This document shows positions 3,458 through 5,685 of a DNA stretch of 5,685 nt, one piece after another (position 1 is the stretch's first letter; every line of letters starts with the position of its first letter). Made by a program: the position numbers and the translations under genes. The notes beneath the pieces are model-generated. The model searched no databases, was not told where the DNA came from, and saw nothing but the letters and a program-made list of their open reading frames with translations. This DNA comes from a virus (Duplodnaviria > Heunggongvirae > Uroviricota > Caudoviricetes), in IMG/VR virus record IMGVR_UViG_3300029873_000376, positions 1 to 5,685 of that record; one strand, written 5' to 3'.

Positions 3458-5685
3458 TAGATTGACTCCCCCATCTGAGCATCAGTCAATGCCTTGTGCC
3501 ATATTCTGAAATTCCTGACATGACCAAATAAATGACGCAACCCGGCTGTAGTCTGGCCTCCAATACGGATAATTGCGGAGTTCTGAATATAGGACCATGT
3601 GGCTTTCTTTTCGCTGGATATACGCCCGTTACTTACTGAGCACGTAGACTGATCTGACTTTACACGCATCCCCATAACCATTTTTTCAAGCGATGCGTTT
3701 TCGTTTACCCGTCTGTTAGCCAAACCTATATCACAATAAGGAAATCCGTCGTAATCTGTTGAACGACCGAAGCCAAGAATAATAGCCGCTCCGGTTTGAT
3801 GACCGCCGGTATCAAAAACACGCGGTGCTGCATTTGGCGTTTTATACCAGTTCTTATGTACCTCACAAAGAACCGTAAAAGGAAGATTATAAAGATTATT
3901 CTTAATTGGAACTGTAACTATATCGCTTGCGCGGGTCGCCGCCGTCGCTCCTGATATAATAAAAGATGATACACAAGGCCCATCTTCTACTTGTGGGGTG
4001 GCCAGATAAATATAGTCACCAGATACGGTTGCCCCGCTCTGCTTAGGAGAATACTGTATCTGAGAGCCTATTTTTAACTCCCCATCAATTGCCTGAATTG
4101 TTGCCTCTGCAAAAATCCATCCGGTAGCTTCGTCCTTTCTGACTCTCGCTGTAATTCTTGAGGCAGCACCGCCTGTCATATTAATTTCAAGCGTTTGTGT
4201 ATCAATATACGCATCACCAAGAAAAGTTGTTGCGCTACCGTCATATTTATCAAACCGGATACGCAACCTTACCTGCAGTTCTGTTTTAAAACGACATGAG
4301 GTTGTCACGTGTTTATTATCGCCTGAGACATCAACTGACTTTGTTGCAGCAATTGATGCCATATTAATGGCTGAGGTTTGCCCAATCAGAGAATCGTTGC
4401 AGACAAACTTTCCATAGGTAAAACCAAAATTATCCGTCCCTGTTTCGGGCACATCCATATTTGACGATCGCCCCCAACTGGCAGGGCTTTCCGAATTGAG
4501 CATGTAGTTTGTTCTTTGCCCCTCAATAAGCAGGCCATCACGTTCAAATCGTGGCTCGTCAATGGCAGCCTCTGTCAGCACACCAGATTTGTTAATATAG
4601 GTTGCTTTCGATGCACGTTTAAACTTAACAATCTTGTCGCCAGGCATCGTTATTTCATCGTCACCAATAACAATTTTTTTATATGATGGCGAAAAGCCCG
4701 TAATCATATCCAGCGAATCGTTAAATGGTATCCACACATCAGGCAGCGGCTGTAAGACATATTTATACGGCTCCGCAGCCTGGCTTGCGTACTCTCTGGC
4801 TGCATCTTCGCTTGCTTTAGCTGCCGTCTGGCTTGCTGCCGATGCTTTCGCTGAGTTCGCAGCCGCTGTTTCGCTCACCTTTGCGTTGGTTTCACTGGTT
4901 TTTGCTGCTTTTTGACTGTTAGCTGATGCAGTGGCAGAAGCAGCCGCCGCGCTTGCAGAACTGGCTGCGGCACTCTCGCTTTGGGCCGCTGCATCCTGAC
5001 TGCTTTTCGCCGCAGTTTCACTGGCTTTGGCATTCGTTTCGCTGGTCTTCGCTGCCGCCTGGCTGGACTTTGCGTTAGTTTCACTCGTCTTCGCAGCTTT
5101 CTGGCTGTTAGCCGCAGCAGTTGCTGATCCAGCTGCTGAAGTCGCAGAACCGGCTGCCGCGCTCTCGCTTTGGGCTGCTGCAACCTGGCTGTTTTTTGCT
5201 GCAGTTTCACTGGCTTTAGCATTCGTTTCGCTGGTCTTCGCTGCCGCCTGTGCGCTGTTAGCTGCATTCGTTTCTGAGGTTTTCGCCGCGTTCTTCGATG
5301 ATGCCGCTGCAGTTTCGGATTTCTTTGCCGCCGCTGCGCTCTGAGAGGCGGCTTCAGCGTTGCGTGCCGCTTCTTCCACCATTGCCTCAAAACGACGCAA
5401 TGCCTCCGGCATGACATCATCTTCCGTCATGGCACCGAGAAAATCATTCAGCGTACCTGGTCTGGAACCTTCATAGACGGTAATGGTTCCGGCATGTGAA
5501 GGCGGAAAACCTTCAACAAGCAGGATAACGCTGTACTGGCCATACTCAACATCCATGCTGTAACGCCCGGCTTCATCCGGATTTTCAGAGGCCACCGTGT
5601 TCACCAGTACCGTGGTACTGTTACGTTTTGCTTTCAGCTGGATTGTGCAGTTCTGTACCGGTTTTCCTGTGCCGTCTTTCAGTAC
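3457..5685 (-). CDS. stf: Side tail fibre protein (Stf-like), 5'-partial: the reading frame is open to the window edge
   Basis: The minus-strand frame is open from 5685 (VLKDGTGKPVQNCTIQ...) through the listed Met at 5604. The N-terminus NTVASENPDEAGRYSMDVEYGQYSVIL.V.GFPPSHAGTITVYE...PGTLNDFL matches the lambda Stf / E. coli prophage side tail fibre N-terminus as I recall it. This is followed by an Ala/Ser/Thr-rich repetitive region and a 440-aa C-terminal domain ending ...LFGHVRNFRIWHKALTDAQMGESI. Confidence 0.9.
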   Translation of the reverse strand, partial: VLKDGTGKPVQNCTIQLKAKRNSTTVLVNTVASENPDEAGRYSMDVEYGQYSVILLVEGFPPSHAGTITVYEGSRPGTLNDFLGAMTEDDVMPEALRRFEAMVEEAARNAEAASQSAAAAKKSETAAASSKNAAKTSETNAANSAQAAAKTSETNAKASETAAKNSQVAAAQSESAAAGSATSAAGSATAAANSQKAAKTSETNAKSSQAAAKTSETNAKASETAAKSSQDAAAQSESAAASSASAAAASATASANSQKAAKTSETNAKVSETAAANSAKASAASQTAAKASEDAAREYASQAAEPYKYVLQPLPDVWIPFNDSLDMITGFSPSYKKIVIGDDEITMPGDKIVKFKRASKATYINKSGVLTEAAIDEPRFERDGLLIEGQRTNYMLNSESPASWGRSSNMDVPETGTDNFGFTYGKFVCNDSLIGQTSAINMASIAATKSVDVSGDNKHVTTSCRFKTELQVRLRIRFDKYDGSATTFLGDAYIDTQTLEINMTGGAASRITARVRKDEATGWIFAEATIQAIDGELKIGSQIQYSPKQSGATVSGDYIYLATPQVEDGPCVSSFIISGATAATRASDIVTVPIKNNLYNLPFTVLCEVHKNWYKTPNAAPRVFDTGGHQTGAAIILGFGRSTDYDGFPYCDIGLANRRVNENASLEKMVMGMRVKSDQSTCSVSNGRISSEKKATWSYIQNSAIIRIGGQTTAGLRHLFGHVRNFRIWHKALTDAQMGESI
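4823..5250. repeat. Imperfect tandem repeat, period about 189 bp (63 codons), roughly 2.3 copies, inside the stf shaft region
   Basis: GCAGTTTCACTGGCTTT(A/G)GCATTCGTTTCGCTGGTCTTCGCTGCCGCCTG occurs at 5012 and 5201. The protein units AAKTSETNAKASETAAKNSQ...NSQKAAKTSETNAKSSQ and AAKTSETNAKASETAAKSSQ...NSQKAAKTSETNAKVSE are near-identical. Confidence 0.8.

Noticed and set aside
4634-5344. Plus-strand ORFs 4634..4915 and 5027..5344 (Ala/Leu/Phe-rich)
   Set aside because: They are antisense to the stf Ala/Ser-rich repeats. Low-complexity, repeat-driven open frames.
4875-5420. 181-aa minus-strand ORF, extremely Arg/Lys/Gln-rich
   Set aside because: It lies entirely within stf in another frame across the GC-rich repetitive shaft. 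The composition is a byproduct of the Ala/Ser codon repeats, not an independent gene.
1-5685. tRNA, rRNA, CRISPR array, integrase or attachment site
   Set aside because: No tRNA-like T-arm motif, no short spaced direct repeats and no recombinase-like ORF were seen. The only repeats are the tfa 3' duplication and the stf tandem repeat.

Overview
This window reads as the tail-fibre / moron end of a lambda-like (lambdoid) enterobacterial prophage. On the minus strand there is a side tail fibre gene (stf) whose 5' end runs off the right edge of the window. It has a lambda-Stf-like N-terminus, an Ala/Ser/Thr-rich shaft built from about 189-bp tandem repeats, and an unrelated, visibly AT-richer C-terminal domain. 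Three small genes follow stf with stop/start overlap or strong Shine-Dalgarno sites: a 93-aa acidic protein, a 234-aa protein with a C-terminal intramolecular-chaperone-like (peptidase S74-type) domain, and a 97-aa two-helix membrane protein. After them lies a start-less remnant of the 3' end of a tail fibre assembly gene (tfa). On the plus strand a class I SAM-dependent methyltransferase gene is bracketed by two roughly 170-bp direct repeats, each made of a tfa 3' end plus a palindromic hairpin. The left repeat forms the 3' half of an 89-aa tfa-like ORF. The left end of the window carries a Rha-family phage regulator followed by a hairpin terminator. I saw no rRNA, tRNA, CRISPR array, transposase or integrase. 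All homology statements rest on recognising motifs by eye and from memory; no database search was run.
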